A stretch of 64,000 nt of DNA from an uncultured Lachnospiraceae bacterium. GTDB lineage: Bacteria > Bacillota > Clostridia > Lachnospirales > Lachnospiraceae. A program made the translations under genes and the position numbers. Below the pieces are notes generated by a model, which was not told the origin of the DNA, ran no database searches, and saw only the letters and a program-made list of their open reading frames with translations. The stretch's first letter is position 1, and each line of letters starts with the position of its first letter. Where the stretch lies: assembly GCA_910585345.1 (NCBI GenBank), contig CAJUDS010000006.1, positions 57,315-121,314 on the forward strand, given 5' to 3'. Shown piece by piece: positions 18,231 to 29,194 of this stretch.

Positions 18231-18673
18231 ATCTCCTGTCCCGCCTTTTCCATACCTAGTTTCATCAGTTCCAACACACGCCCAAACCGGTCCGATAAAT
18301 ACAAATATCCGATCAGCGCTTCCAGGCCCGTCGCCTTCCTGTAGTCCGCAACGGAAGCATTTTTTGCCATCGTATGGGATTTTGCATTTCTGCCGCGCCT
18401 GTAAACGGAGAGCTCCTCCTGCGTCAGGCAGTCCTGCAGCGCATCCGCCACTGCCGCCTGCGCGCCTGCCTTCACATATTTTACCGTACTTCTGTGCAGA
18501 AGGTTTGCCGCCTTGTTGCCCCGTTCCACCACCACGGTGCGGATCACAAGGTCATAGACCGCATCGCCTATATAGGCAAGTGTCAGCGGGGAATAGAGAC
18601 GCGCCTGCGTCTCTTTCCCCCGGCAGGCATAGGCTTCTCCAATCTGTATCAGTTCGCTTACGCTCTCTTCCAT
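18227..18673 (-). CDS. mrnC: Mini-ribonuclease III
   Basis: LAYIGDAVY, RRGRNAK, YRKATGLEALIGYLYL. Confidence 0.95.
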   Translation of the reverse strand: MEESVSELIQIGEAYACRGKETQARLYSPLTLAYIGDAVYDLVIRTVVVERGNKAANLLHRSTVKYVKAGAQAAVADALQDCLTQEELSVYRRGRNAKSHTMAKNASVADYRKATGLEALIGYLYLSDRFGRVLELMKLGMEKAGQEI

Positions 18674-20067
18674 TTCACGCCTTCTCTTGTGTCTTCCAGC
18701 ACAATACCCTTTTCCAGCAGTTCACTGCGGATGGCATCCGCCTTCGCGAAGTCCTTTGCCTTACGCGCCGCCTGCCTTGCGGCAATCATGGCCTCAATAT
18801 CCGCATCCAGCATCTCTTCCTTTTTATCCACGATCAGCCCCAGCACATCCGCCAGCGTTCGAAGCTGTGACAGAAGAGCGGAAAGAAACGCTGCGGAGCT
18901 GCCTGCGTCCGCCTTTGTATTGGCAAACTTTACCAATTCAAATAAAGCGGAAACTGCATCCGCCGTATTGATATCGTCGTCCATGGCTTCCTCAAATTCA
19001 ACCCGGAAACCATCAGCCTCTTTCAGCAGTTCTTCTTCCCCCGCCCGCAGATTTTCTTCCTTTGCGCCGCCGAGCAGGAATTTTAGATTTTCCACACTGG
19101 TTACGATCCGTTCCAGTCCGCTGGCAGCCGACTCCATCAGGTCTGCGCTGAAATTCAGCGGACTTCTGTAATGCGCGGACAACATAAAGAAACGCAGCAC
19201 CTGCAAATCATATTTCTCAGCAATGTCTCTGACCGTAAAGAAATTGCCCAGAGATTTTGACATCTTTTTATGATCAATGTTTAAAAATCCATTGTGCATC
19301 CAGTACCTTGCAAACGTCCTGCCATTGGCTGACTCTGACTGGGCGATCTCATTCTCATGATGCGGGAAGATCAAATCCTCTCCGCCCGCATGGATGTCAA
19401 TTTCCTCCCCCAGATATTTCCTGCTCATGACAGAGCATTCGATATGCCAGCCCGGCCGTCCTTCACACCAATCGGAATCCCAATAAGGCTCGCCCTCTTT
19501 TTTCGGCTTCCAGAGGACAAAATCAAGCGGATCTTCTTTCTGGTCTTCACCGGATACGAGCAGGGAACGGCTGCCTCCGCGCAGATCATCCAGGTTTTTA
19601 TGGGACAGCTTGCCGTATTCCCGAAAACTTCTTGTGCGGAAGTATACGGTTCCGTCCGCCGCCACATAGGCATGCCCCTTGTCAATCAGTGTACGAATCA
19701 TTTCGAGCATCCCGCAGATTTCCTCCGTTGCCAGCGGATGCGTGGTCGCAGGACGGACATTCATAGCTGCCATATCCTTTTTGCATTCTTCAATATAGCG
19801 CCTCGAAATTACGGATGCTTCCACGCCTTCCTCAATCGCCTTTTTAATGATCTTATCATCAACATCCGTAAAATTAGATACATAATTCACCTCATAGCCC
19901 TTATATTCCATATAACGGCGCGCCGTATCAAACACAATCATCGGACGGGCATTGCCGATATGAATCAGATTGTACACGGTAGGACCGCATACATACATCC
20001 GCACCTTTCCCGGTTCAATGGGCACGAACTCCTCTTTTCTTCCCGTCAGTGTATTATAAATCTTCAT
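18658..20067 (-). CDS. cysS: Cysteine--tRNA ligase
   Basis: CGPTVY, HIGN, PGWHIEC, KMSKS. Confidence 0.99.
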   Translation of the reverse strand: MKIYNTLTGRKEEFVPIEPGKVRMYVCGPTVYNLIHIGNARPMIVFDTARRYMEYKGYEVNYVSNFTDVDDKIIKKAIEEGVEASVISRRYIEECKKDMAAMNVRPATTHPLATEEICGMLEMIRTLIDKGHAYVAADGTVYFRTRSFREYGKLSHKNLDDLRGGSRSLLVSGEDQKEDPLDFVLWKPKKEGEPYWDSDWCEGRPGWHIECSVMSRKYLGEEIDIHAGGEDLIFPHHENEIAQSESANGRTFARYWMHNGFLNIDHKKMSKSLGNFFTVRDIAEKYDLQVLRFFMLSAHYRSPLNFSADLMESAASGLERIVTSVENLKFLLGGAKEENLRAGEEELLKEADGFRVEFEEAMDDDINTADAVSALFELVKFANTKADAGSSAAFLSALLSQLRTLADVLGLIVDKKEEMLDADIEAMIAARQAARKAKDFAKADAIRSELLEKGIVLEDTREGVKWKRA

Positions 20068-20750
20068 TGTTTTTCTCCTCTTTGCTGATTTCTTTGCAGT
20101 TCTTTCAACCTTTCTTCCAGCTCCAGCAGGCGGTTTGTCAGCATACTGTTAGACTCCTGCAGATTCTGAATGTCTTCCCTGACGGGATCCGGCAGATCTG
20201 TCTGGTTCATCTCTTCCCGGGGAAGTGCGGCATTGTTGCGCTTCACTACCCTGCCGGGCACACCCACGACCGTAGAATTGGGCGGCACTTCATGCAGCAC
20301 CACGCTGCCGGCCCCGATCTTGGAATTGGCGCCGATTGTAAAAGAGCCCAGTATTTTTGCCCCGGCGCTGATCATTACATTATCCTCTATCGTCGGATGC
20401 CGCTTGCCGTGCTCTTTTCCGGTGCCGCCCAGCGTCACGCCCTGGTACAACGTGACATTGTTACCGATCACCGTCGTCTCCCCGATAATCACACCATTTC
20501 CATGATCGATGAAAAACCCCTCGCCGATTTCCGCACCGGGATGAATCTCAATACCTGTCTTGCGTACGCCGCGCTGTGAAACCCATCTGGCCAGGAAATA
20601 GTGTCCCCCTTTGTATAATTTATGCGCCATACGATAATGCATCATCACTTTAAAGCTGGGATATAAAAATACTTCCATTGCGGAATGGATCGCCGGATCT
20701 CTCTCCCTGATAATACGGATCTCGTCGCGCACACGCCTGATAAATCCCAT
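20064..20750 (-). CDS. cysE: Serine O-acetyltransferase
   Basis: [22 protein letters not shown] hexapeptide repeats. Confidence 0.97.
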   Translation of the reverse strand: MGFIRRVRDEIRIIRERDPAIHSAMEVFLYPSFKVMMHYRMAHKLYKGGHYFLARWVSQRGVRKTGIEIHPGAEIGEGFFIDHGNGVIIGETTVIGNNVTLYQGVTLGGTGKEHGKRHPTIEDNVMISAGAKILGSFTIGANSKIGAGSVVLHEVPPNSTVVGVPGRVVKRNNAALPREEMNQTDLPDPVREDIQNLQESNSMLTNRLLELEERLKELQRNQQRGEKQ

Positions 20751-20884
20751 CCTACTCTCTCCCCAAACCTTACTGCCAACAGCGTCCGGACCACATTGTC
20801 CGCAGGGAAGTTCCGGTTCCGTCCCCGGCAGCAGCCATACTTACTCTATAACAGAATATGCGCCGCACTACAGCTTCGACAGTC

Positions 20885-21991
20885 TCACACGATTTCATTT
20901 ACAAAAACCTGCGGTAAAACCTGTATCTCTGACAGACGCACATACACATCCCCATGCTGCCCGCAATGATCCCCGCCGGATGGCGCAAAGCATTCCCCAC
21001 AGCTCATTCTGCCAAACAGAAATTCGGTCAAATCCCCGATCTCTGCACAGACTTCCGGTTTCACCGTTTTTTCCAATAAAGCTATTGTACTTTCTTTTTT
21101 TCCCACTGTCCAGAGAAAAGTGCCACAGTTCTCCGTCAGAAGGTCATCTATGACCCCAACCGTCACAGTCATACTCTCCCACGGCGCCTGCGCCTGCAGA
21201 CGCATCAGAGACAGCATGGAAAACACATTGACAATCCGCGCCATTATAACAGGACGAGTCTGCTGCGAAATCTGCAAAAGGCCCGCTTCCGCAAACGCAT
21301 CCGCCACCATAGCCTCCTGTATTTCTTCCTGCTCCCCCTCATTGGCATATAAATAAAATCCGATAATCTCATTCTTTTTCTTCCATAAATATACATCGCC
21401 GTTCTGCGCCCTGCTCTCCTTTTTCTGTCTTTCATAATAGGAAGCGTCACGGCGCAGAAAAAACTGGCAGCGTCTTTCCAGCCACTTTTCCGCAAAATCA
21501 GCCAGCGCCTGCTCTTCCCCGCGCTTCATAGCCTGCGCCCGGCGTCTTTCTCTTTCGCCAATCTTAAAATAAGGTTTTTCATAAATATACCGGAACTGAT
21601 AGGGTGCATAAATTGCCGGGTCAGCCGGCATCAGAAATGTAAAAGGATGACCCGACTTACGCAAATCCGACAACGCTCTGCGCAGCAGCCTGTCCATATA
21701 CCCTCTGTGTCGATATTCTTTTTTCGTACCGACTCCTACAATATAACGAAGCGGTATATCCTGAAATATACCGCCGTTTTGATCGGGAGAAAGGATTCTC
21801 CCGGTATATGGCGTAAGAAACAGCATACCGCACAGTACGCCGTCACATTGCAAACCGTATCCGGTATTATACGCCATCTTTTCCGCAAAGTAATAATCCG
21901 TAAACCGTTTGGAATCCTCGAAAAATATCTCCGACCACAACGGTTTCACGGCAAGCGCTTCCTTTGCCGTCAATATTTCTATTGTTTCCAT
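20885..21991 (-). CDS. Eis-like GNAT acetyltransferase
   Basis: YIVGVGTKKEYRHRGYM, FLMPA, ARIVNV..D.L..EN.G; start at 21991 with GGAGG. Confidence 0.82.
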   Translation of the reverse strand: METIEILTAKEALAVKPLWSEIFFEDSKRFTDYYFAEKMAYNTGYGLQCDGVLCGMLFLTPYTGRILSPDQNGGIFQDIPLRYIVGVGTKKEYRHRGYMDRLLRRALSDLRKSGHPFTFLMPADPAIYAPYQFRYIYEKPYFKIGERERRRAQAMKRGEEQALADFAEKWLERRCQFFLRRDASYYERQKKESRAQNGDVYLWKKKNEIIGFYLYANEGEQEEIQEAMVADAFAEAGLLQISQQTRPVIMARIVNVFSMLSLMRLQAQAPWESMTVTVGVIDDLLTENCGTFLWTVGKKESTIALLEKTVKPEVCAEIGDLTEFLFGRMSCGECFAPSGGDHCGQHGDVYVRLSEIQVLPQVFVNEIV

Positions 21992-21999
21992 CCATCCTC

Positions 22000-22560
22000 C
22001 TACATACGCGCTTCTGCCTTCGGGCATCCGCCGCACTCCCCGCATGCGCCCCCGCCCGTATTTGTGACATCATTGTCATAAAAGTTGGACGGGCTCGTCA
22101 GCATACATACCGCCTGCGCGGAAATGCCTTCTCCGCTTCCGGTAAACCCCAATCCCTCTTCCGTAGTGGCTTTGACATTGACCTGCCCTGTCTCAATCCC
22201 AAGCGCCTGCGCAATGTTTTCACGCATCCTGTCAATATAGGGCCGCATTTTCGGCGCCTGGGCAATAATCGTGGCATCGATGTTTTCAATAAAAAAACAC
22301 TGTTCTTCCAGCAGCTCGCCAACTCTCTGCAGCAATTTCAGACTGGAAATCCCCCTGTAAGCATCCTCCGTATCGGGAAAATGCTTTCCGATGTCTCCCA
22401 GCGCAGCCGCTCCGAGCAGCGCATCCATAACGGCATGCAACAGCACGTCTGCATCCGAATGCCCCAGCAGCCCCTTTTCATACGGGATCTCCACACCCCC
22501 GATTACCAATTTTCTCTGTTCTGTCAACTGATGGACATCATATCCCATCCCTATACGCAT
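22000..22560 (-). CDS. ispF: 2-C-methyl-D-erythritol 2,4-cyclodiphosphate synthase with Cys-rich tail
   Basis: [31 protein letters not shown]. Confidence 0.96.
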   Translation of the reverse strand: MRIGMGYDVHQLTEQRKLVIGGVEIPYEKGLLGHSDADVLLHAVMDALLGAAALGDIGKHFPDTEDAYRGISSLKLLQRVGELLEEQCFFIENIDATIIAQAPKMRPYIDRMRENIAQALGIETGQVNVKATTEEGLGFTGSGEGISAQAVCMLTSPSNFYDNDVTNTGGGACGECGGCPKAEARM

Positions 22561-22775
22561 ATGTCCTTCCCTTCTCCGTATCCGGGTCAGCGCAGCATGC
22601 GCGGCCCTGTCTCTCATATTATTATAGGAAACGACTTTAGCCGTTTCCTATAGCATGCTCCTGTTTACACGGTTTTATCATAGAACTGCAGCACTTATTA
22701 TAATATACCCACTATGGAATTACAAGCGTCTGTCCCGGGTTATCCGAAAAACAGGAAACTGCTTTCCATGTCCGG

Positions 22776-23243
22776 CTATGCTTCCAGCTCCCGCATCAGA
22801 TTCACCATTTCTATGGCGCCGCACGCGCATTCCGCACCCTTGTTGCCTGCCTTCGTTCCGGCTCTCTCAATGGCCTGTTCAATATTTTCCGTTGTCAGCA
22901 CCCCGAACATTACCGGAATACCGCTTTCCAGTGATACCTGTGCGATACCCTTCGATACTTCACTGCATACATAGTCATAATGGGAAGTGGAACCTCTGAT
23001 CACGGCGCCCAGACAGATCACGGCGTCATATTTCCCGCTCATAGCCATCTTTTTCGCAACCACAGGAATTTCAAACGCGCCCGGCACCCAGGCTGTCACA
23101 ATATCTTCCTCCGCCGCCTCATGTCTGCGCAGCGCATCCAGCGCGCCGCCCACCAGCCTGGAAGTGATAAACTCATTGAACCTCGCCGCCACAATCCCCA
23201 CTTTGATACCTCTGGCAGTCATTTTTCCTTCTACAACTCTCAT
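22776..23243 (-). CDS. ribH: 6,7-dimethyl-8-ribityllumazine synthase
   Basis: [19 protein letters not shown]. Confidence 0.97.
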   Translation of the reverse strand: MRVVEGKMTARGIKVGIVAARFNEFITSRLVGGALDALRRHEAAEEDIVTAWVPGAFEIPVVAKKMAMSGKYDAVICLGAVIRGSTSHYDYVCSEVSKGIAQVSLESGIPVMFGVLTTENIEQAIERAGTKAGNKGAECACGAIEMVNLMRELEA

Positions 23244-23298
23244 CGTCTTATTCTCCTTTTATTGTTTCATGTGACCCCTGACAAGTCAGGAGCTGTTT

Positions 23299-24534
23299 TT
23301 ATGCGCCATAGTCGAACATATGTCCCATTTTAAGCTGTTTTGTCCGCAGATAAAAACGGTTATAACTGCCTGCCTCGATCTGGATAGGCACTCTCTCTTT
23401 GATCTCCATCCCATAATCCGAAAGTTCATAGATCTTATCGGGATTGTTCGTCAGAAGCCGCAGAGACCTTGCGCCCAAATCCCGCAAAATCTGCGCGCCA
23501 ATGTAATATTCCCGCTCGTCTCCTGCAAAACCAAGCGCCAGATTGGCTTCCAGCGTATCCATTCCCTGATCCTGCAGCGCATAGGCTTTCAGCTTATTCA
23601 CAAGACCAATCCCCCTGCCTTCCTGACGCATATACAACAGGATTCCTCTGCCTTCCGCCTCAATCTGCCGGAGAGCTGCCTCAAGCTGCTGTCCGCAGTC
23701 GCACCTGGCCGAACCGAAAGCATCTCCCGTAAGACATTCGGAATGCACACGGCAGAGCAGGTCTTCTCCGTTTCCGATCTCCCCTTTTACAAGCGCTACA
23801 TGATGTTCCCCGTTTAATGCGTTCACGTAAGCATAGGCTGTAAAATTGCCATATTTTGTCGGCAGTTTGGTTACTGCCTCCCGGCTTACCAGTTTTTCCG
23901 TACGCTTCCGGTACTCCTGCAGATCTTTGATCGTCACACAGACAAGATGATGCCGCTCCGCCAATGCAAGCAGCTCCTGTGTCCGCATCATCGTACCATC
24001 CTCCCGCATAATCTCACAACAGAGACCGCATTCTTTCAGGCCTGCCAGCCGCATCAGATCTACGGTAGCCTCCGTATGGCCCGCTCTTTCCAAAACACCA
24101 TTTTTCTTTGCTTTCAGCGGAAACATATGACCCGGTCTGCGAAAATCATCCGGTTTCGCCCCCTCCGCCACGCAGTGCATGGCCGTCATGCTGCGCTCCG
24201 CTGCGGAAATCCCTGTACTGGTACCCGCATAATCAATCGATACCGTAAACGCCGTCTCATGATTATCCGAATTTTCCGTTACCATCTGCGGCAGCATCAG
24301 CCTGCTGCAGTAATCCTCACTCATCGGCATACAAATCAGCCCTTTGCCGTAGACTGCCATAAAATTCACATTCGCACAGTCCGCAAACTCTGCCGCACAG
24401 ATCAAATCTCCCTCGTTCTCCCTGTCGGCATCGTCCGTCACCATGATCACATGTCCTTTTCTCAGCTCTTCCAATGCCTGTGCAATCGTTCCGAATCCAT
24501 CCATTCTTGTCATTCCTTTCGTCTTTATAACCAT
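23299..24534 (-). CDS. ribBA: Bifunctional DHBP synthase / GTP cyclohydrolase II
   Basis: [26 protein letters not shown]. Confidence 0.97.
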   Translation of the reverse strand: MVIKTKGMTRMDGFGTIAQALEELRKGHVIMVTDDADRENEGDLICAAEFADCANVNFMAVYGKGLICMPMSEDYCSRLMLPQMVTENSDNHETAFTVSIDYAGTSTGISAAERSMTAMHCVAEGAKPDDFRRPGHMFPLKAKKNGVLERAGHTEATVDLMRLAGLKECGLCCEIMREDGTMMRTQELLALAERHHLVCVTIKDLQEYRKRTEKLVSREAVTKLPTKYGNFTAYAYVNALNGEHHVALVKGEIGNGEDLLCRVHSECLTGDAFGSARCDCGQQLEAALRQIEAEGRGILLYMRQEGRGIGLVNKLKAYALQDQGMDTLEANLALGFAGDEREYYIGAQILRDLGARSLRLLTNNPDKIYELSDYGMEIKERVPIQIEAGSYNRFYLRTKQLKMGHMFDYGA

Positions 24535-25173
24535 TTAAAACCCATTCTCCCGTAGGAATTCCTTTGTCATACCGCTCACGCGCGGCCCCTCCTGAAGTAG
24601 CTTTTCCACATATTTGCCGATACAGTCATTTTCCAGATTCACCGTATCGCCCTCCCGTCTTTCTGACATTGTTGTCGTCTTTTCCGTATGGGGAATCACC
24701 GATACCTGAAAACTCTCTCTCCCCGCCCTCGCCACCGTCAGGCTGATACCGTCCACGGCAACCGAACCCTTTTCCACAATGCAGCGCATGATATCGGTCG
24801 GCGCGGCAATTTCATACCAGATGGCGTTTTCATCTCTGCGGATCCTGCAAATCTTTCCGGTACCGTCTATATGGCCCGTCACAATATGGCCTCCGAAACG
24901 CCCGCCCGCCTGCATGGCACGTTCCAGATTGACTCTTGTCCCCACCCGGAAATACCCGGCGCTGCTTCTGGCAAATGTCTCATGCATCACATCCACCGTA
25001 AAACCGGCGCTGCTAAAAGAAGTCACTGTCAGACAGATCCCATTGACTGCAATGCTGTCGCCCGTTTTGATATCCTCCATAATTCTCCCGGCGCTGATTG
25101 TCAGGCTTCCCGATACCCTTCCCTTTTGCACCCTTCGTATGGTGCCGGTCTCCTCTATGATTCCTGTAAACAT
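24535..25173 (-). CDS. ribE: Riboflavin synthase alpha chain
   Basis: MFTGII N-terminus, GGHIVTGHID. Confidence 0.97.
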   Translation of the reverse strand: MFTGIIEETGTIRRVQKGRVSGSLTISAGRIMEDIKTGDSIAVNGICLTVTSFSSAGFTVDVMHETFARSSAGYFRVGTRVNLERAMQAGGRFGGHIVTGHIDGTGKICRIRRDENAIWYEIAAPTDIMRCIVEKGSVAVDGISLTVARAGRESFQVSVIPHTEKTTTMSERREGDTVNLENDCIGKYVEKLLQEGPRVSGMTKEFLRENGF

Positions 25174-26315
25174 ACTGACACCTCCTTACACACTGTCTCC
25201 CCGCCGGCTAATCCGTTCTCCTGCGCCCTTTTCACAATGCTTTCAATCAAAATGTCCTCCCCATAGCGGGTAATCGCTTTTACCGTCAGCATATCCGCCT
25301 CCGCCGGACGGCAGACGCCGCTGCCGCCAATCGGGGTCTTGGCCGACGTCCCGCCAAACAATTTCGGAGCGATGTAACAGTGCACCTCCTGTACGATCTG
25401 CGCTTCCAGCGCCGAAGCATTGAGGGCCGCGCCGCCCTCAAGATAAATGCTGTCGATGCCTCTTTCTCCCAATATTTCCATTGCCCTGCATAAATCGACC
25501 CGTCCCCGGCTCTGCGCAAGCGCCAGCACCCGGCATCCCTTATCCTCATATAACGACTGCTTTTCGGCGTCTGTGCAGCATGTCAGAAACCATGTCGGCT
25601 GCCTGTCCGCCGTTTCCACCACCCGCGCTGTCAGCGGCGTCCGCAAATGTGTATCGCAGATCAGGCGCACCGGCTGCCTGCCGCCGGGAATCCGGCAGTC
25701 CAGCATCGGATCATCCGCCAGCACTGTCCCCACTCCTGCCATAATCGCCATATGCCGGTTCCTGTCCTCATGTACACGCACTCTGGCAGGACTGCCGGTA
25801 ATCCATTTGGAATATCCTGCGGAAGTTGCGGTCTTTCCATCCATTGTCATGGCATATTTCATTGTTATATAAGGCGTCTTCCTGCGGATATAATGAAAAA
25901 ACACCGCGTTGCGCCTATCACATTGTTCACGCAGCACATTCTCCGTCACAGTTATCCCCGCTTCCCGCAGCCGCCGAATCCCCTTTCCCGCTACAAGCGG
26001 GTTGGGATCGGGGGAACCTACCACCACTCTGGCAATCTTGTGCTCTATGACCGCCTGCGTACAGGGCGGCGTCTTACCGTAATGGCAGCACGGTTCCAAT
26101 GTTACATACAGGGTAGCGCCTTTTGCCGCCTGACCGCAGGAAGCCAGCGCATTGCGTTCCGCATGCGGCCCGCCATAGCGTTCATGCCATCCCTCGCCAA
26201 TGATTGTTCCATCCTTTACGATTACAGCCCCCACAAGCGGGTTGGGATTCACCCTTCCCACACCTTTTCCCGCCAGCGCAAGCGCGCGTTCCATAAAAAA
26301 GCAATCTTCCGTCAT
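25155..26315 (-). CDS. ribD: Riboflavin biosynthesis deaminase/reductase
   Basis: PNPLVG, HAE, TLEPCCH..TPPC, EGG. Confidence 0.97.
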   Translation of the reverse strand: MTEDCFFMERALALAGKGVGRVNPNPLVGAVIVKDGTIIGEGWHERYGGPHAERNALASCGQAAKGATLYVTLEPCCHYGKTPPCTQAVIEHKIARVVVGSPDPNPLVAGKGIRRLREAGITVTENVLREQCDRRNAVFFHYIRRKTPYITMKYAMTMDGKTATSAGYSKWITGSPARVRVHEDRNRHMAIMAGVGTVLADDPMLDCRIPGGRQPVRLICDTHLRTPLTARVVETADRQPTWFLTCCTDAEKQSLYEDKGCRVLALAQSRGRVDLCRAMEILGERGIDSIYLEGGAALNASALEAQIVQEVHCYIAPKLFGGTSAKTPIGGSGVCRPAEADMLTVKAITRYGEDILIESIVKRAQENGLAGGETVCKEVSVCLQES

Positions 26316-26489
26316 CTATTTCCTCCCTGTCGCCATACATTCTGTTTTGCTCTCTATTCCGTCTGCAGCAGCCTCCCTGGCCGGCGCTTTTCCATTCTAT
26401 GCGGCAAACCGGGCAGGGAAGACTTTCCTGCCCGCGCGCGGCCTGTTCCCCGCCTTAGCGGTATATTTCATCTGCACGGGTCAGTGCAT

Positions 26490-26520
26490 AAAAAAGACTC
26501 TGCAGTTTCCCCAGAGTCTT
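26490..26520 (-). terminator. Second terminator-like hairpin in the rib leader
   Basis: GACTCTG-GGGAAACTG-CAGAGTC followed by T6 on the minus strand. Confidence 0.65.
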
Positions 26521-26616
26521 GTATATCGTATGATCATCATTTATGACCGCTTACGATATGGTGTACATCTTTCTGTATATTTCTCGCGGCATGTTTCTTT
26601 GCATGGAGCTGCACAT

Positions 26617-26647
26617 AAAAAGCTCTGAAATGTTTCCATTCCAGAGC
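26617..26647 (-). terminator. FMN riboswitch expression-platform terminator
   Basis: GCTCTGGAATG-GAAA-CATTTCAGAGC followed by T5 on the minus strand. Confidence 0.75.
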
Positions 26648-26694
26648 CTGTCCGCCACATTGTACACATAAGCATCATAAATGTGCCTTACTTT

Positions 26695-26805
26695 TATCTT
26701 CTTCCATCCAGACTTTACTGTCGGCTTCGGAATTACACCGAATCATGCCTTACGGCTCGTGGGCTGTACCACCGGTTGGGAAATGAACCCGACCCTGAAG
26801 ATTTA
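26695..26805 (-). ncRNA. FMN riboswitch (RFN element)
   Basis: ATCTTCAGGGTCGGG..TTCCCAACCGGTGGTA..AGCCCACGA..GATTCGGTGTAATTCCGAAGCCGACAGTAAAGTCTGGATGGAAGAAGAT upstream of ribD. Confidence 0.96.
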
Positions 26806-26853
26806 TGCTGTTTTTCTTCCAAATTTCATGAAAACGGAATAACCGTTATAGTC

Positions 26854-27045
26854 CTATATACTAATATCAATATTTGCGCCCACGCCGGGATTTACGGAAA
26901 GCTCCATCGCGGCAGAATCAATCATCTCCGCCATAGCGCTGCCCTGCTCACGTGCAGCATCCAGTGAATTACTCAACACTGCCGTTCCCACGTCCCCTAA
27001 CGTCTCAATTTGGGAAAGCGCCATTGACAATGCAGGAATATCCAT
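26854..27045 (-). CDS. YjfB family small protein
   Basis: MDIPALSMALSQ...MELSVNPGVGANIDISI; AGGAGG RBS. Confidence 0.8.
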   Translation of the reverse strand: MDIPALSMALSQIETLGDVGTAVLSNSLDAAREQGSAMAEMIDSAAMELSVNPGVGANIDISI

Positions 27046-27108
27046 AGCAAATCCTCCTCTGACTATTAATGGAATGATTATAGCATATACAAATGACTTT
27101 GGCAAGTG

Positions 27109-28398
27109 TTACTGCTCATAAAAACATTCCAGCGCTTTCCATCCGTACCAGGTGTCCCTGACCCCTGCCGTCTCTACCGCAGAATGCATGGCAAGCTGGG
27201 GAAGACCGATATCCACAGATGCAATCGGCACACGCGCAGCTGACAGATTGCCCAGGGTAGAGCCGCCCGCCAGATCGGAGCGGTTGGCATACGTCTGAAA
27301 CGGAACGCCCGCCATACTGCAGATCTGCTTCATCCGGGCCGCCGAAGCGGCATCCGTCGTATATTTCTGGCTGCCATGGTATTTGATCGTAACACCGCCG
27401 TTTAAATAGGGCCGGTTAGTAGGATCCGATTTCTCGGGATAATTCGGATGCACCGCGTGGGCATTGTCTGCGGAAATCAGAAAACTGCCCGCAAGCATCC
27501 GCAGATACTCCTGCCGGTCCAGCCCCAGTCCGCCGCAGATCCGGCACAACACATCCGCCAAAAAGGTGGAATCGGCTCCCCTGTGGCTTTTGCTCCCCAC
27601 TTCCTCGTGGTCAAAAACCGCACACAAATTGATATAGTCCCGCGAACTGCTTCCCACAAAAGCCTTCGCACAGACAAACACATTCTGCAGGTCATCCAGC
27701 CTCGGCGAAAGAATAAATTCCCCTTCTTTCCCAAACACCCTTCCCTTCTCACGGACATATAAAAACAAATCATGTCCCAAAATATCCTCCGGCCTGACTC
27801 CGGCACAAGCGCCAGCCTCCGAAAGCAGCCAGTTTCCGCATTCTTCCCCGCCTTTCGCATACAGAGGAAGCATATCTTTCTGCGGATTGTATGTTATCCC
27901 TTGATTGACTTCCCGGTTCATGTGAACCGCCAGGCTGGGAATCACCAGCAGGTCGCGGTCTACTTTCACCAGCCGCATCTTCGGCTCCTGCTCTCCCCGC
28001 ACTGCAATCCTGCCGGCAATAGACAGCGGACGGTCCAGCCAGGAAGACAGAATCATCCCGCCGTATTTTTCGATATTCAGCGTGACATACTGTTTTTCCA
28101 CGCCAATCTCAGGCTTCTCCTTGATCTTAAAGGCCGGAGAATCACTGTGGGAAGCAGTGGCATGGAAGCCTCTGATTTCCCTGTTCTCCGGAACCCGGAA
28201 TGCAATCAGGGAACCGCCGTCCCGTGTCACATAATAATCCTTCCCATATTCCAGCTCCCATCTTTCGCTCTCCTCCAAAGCGGAAAACCCTTCCGCCTCC
28301 AGCATCCGCCGGATATTCGCAACGGCATAAAAACTACAGGGACTCTCTTCGATAAACGCCAGCATCTCTTCTGCTATTTCAAGATACTTTTTTTCCAA
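27109..28398 (-). CDS. M18 family aminopeptidase
   Basis: SHSDSP, RLDDL, DHEEVGS, SADNAHAVHPN, GSTLG, AMHS. Confidence 0.95.
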   Translation of the reverse strand: MEKKYLEIAEEMLAFIEESPCSFYAVANIRRMLEAEGFSALEESERWELEYGKDYYVTRDGGSLIAFRVPENREIRGFHATASHSDSPAFKIKEKPEIGVEKQYVTLNIEKYGGMILSSWLDRPLSIAGRIAVRGEQEPKMRLVKVDRDLLVIPSLAVHMNREVNQGITYNPQKDMLPLYAKGGEECGNWLLSEAGACAGVRPEDILGHDLFLYVREKGRVFGKEGEFILSPRLDDLQNVFVCAKAFVGSSSRDYINLCAVFDHEEVGSKSHRGADSTFLADVLCRICGGLGLDRQEYLRMLAGSFLISADNAHAVHPNYPEKSDPTNRPYLNGGVTIKYHGSQKYTTDAASAARMKQICSMAGVPFQTYANRSDLAGGSTLGNLSAARVPIASVDIGLPQLAMHSAVETAGVRDTWYGWKALECFYEQ

Positions 28399-28428
28399 CC
28401 TTCCGCCTCCTTGCCGTGATACATCCTT

Positions 28429-29184
28429 TTACGCCTGAAATTTTCCGATAAATTCCCTCACCCGCTCGTCCGGGTTGCCGAACAGCGCTTCCGGCGTCCC
28501 CTGCTGGCGGATCACTCCGCCTTCCATGAAAATAATTCTGTCGGATAACTCTCTCGCAAACTGCATCTCATGCGTCACAATAATCATCGTCATATGCTCT
28601 TTCGCCAGTTCTTTAATAACCTTCAGCACTTCGCCGGTCAGCTCTGGATCCAGCGCCGACGTAGGCTCGTCAAAAAAGAGAATCTTCGGCTGAAGCGCCA
28701 GCGCTCTGGCAATAGATACCCTCTGCTGCTGTCCGCCGGAAAGCTGGTATGGGTAGGCGTCCTTCTTGTCTTCCAGGCCAAGCTGCGCCAACAGCCGCTG
28801 CGCACGGTCCGCCGCTTCCGCTTTCGGCACCCGGTCGACACTGACCGGCGCATCCATAATATTTTTCAGCACACTGTAATGTGGAAACAGATGAAAGCTT
28901 TGGAATACAAGCCCATAATTTTTGCGTATCCTCTTTAATTCACTTTTCTGTGCATAGATGCACTTCCCGTTCTCTTCCCAGGCCGCCTTCTCCCCCATAT
29001 AAGAAAGACTGCCGCCGTCCATCCTCTCCAGCATCGTCGCGCAACGCAGCAGCGTGGACTTCCCTGAACCGGAAGGACCGATGATGGAAACTACTTCCCC
29101 CGCCTCCACAGACAGGGAAATATCCTTCAGCACTTCCAGATTGTCAAATGTCTTCCTCAGATGTTCGATCTCAAGATATTTCAT
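28429..29184 (-). CDS. Polar amino-acid ABC transporter ATP-binding protein
   Basis: GPSGSGKS, LSGGQQQR, FDEPTSALDPE. Confidence 0.95.
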   Translation of the reverse strand: MKYLEIEHLRKTFDNLEVLKDISLSVEAGEVVSIIGPSGSGKSTLLRCATMLERMDGGSLSYMGEKAAWEENGKCIYAQKSELKRIRKNYGLVFQSFHLFPHYSVLKNIMDAPVSVDRVPKAEAADRAQRLLAQLGLEDKKDAYPYQLSGGQQQRVSIARALALQPKILFFDEPTSALDPELTGEVLKVIKELAKEHMTMIIVTHEMQFARELSDRIIFMEGGVIRQQGTPEALFGNPDERVREFIGKFQA

Positions 29185-29194
29185 TGTTATCCTC

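Noticed and set aside
20751..20884. T-box leader expected before cysE-cysS
   Set aside because: The region is too short and lacks the GGTGGNACCGCG T-box motif.
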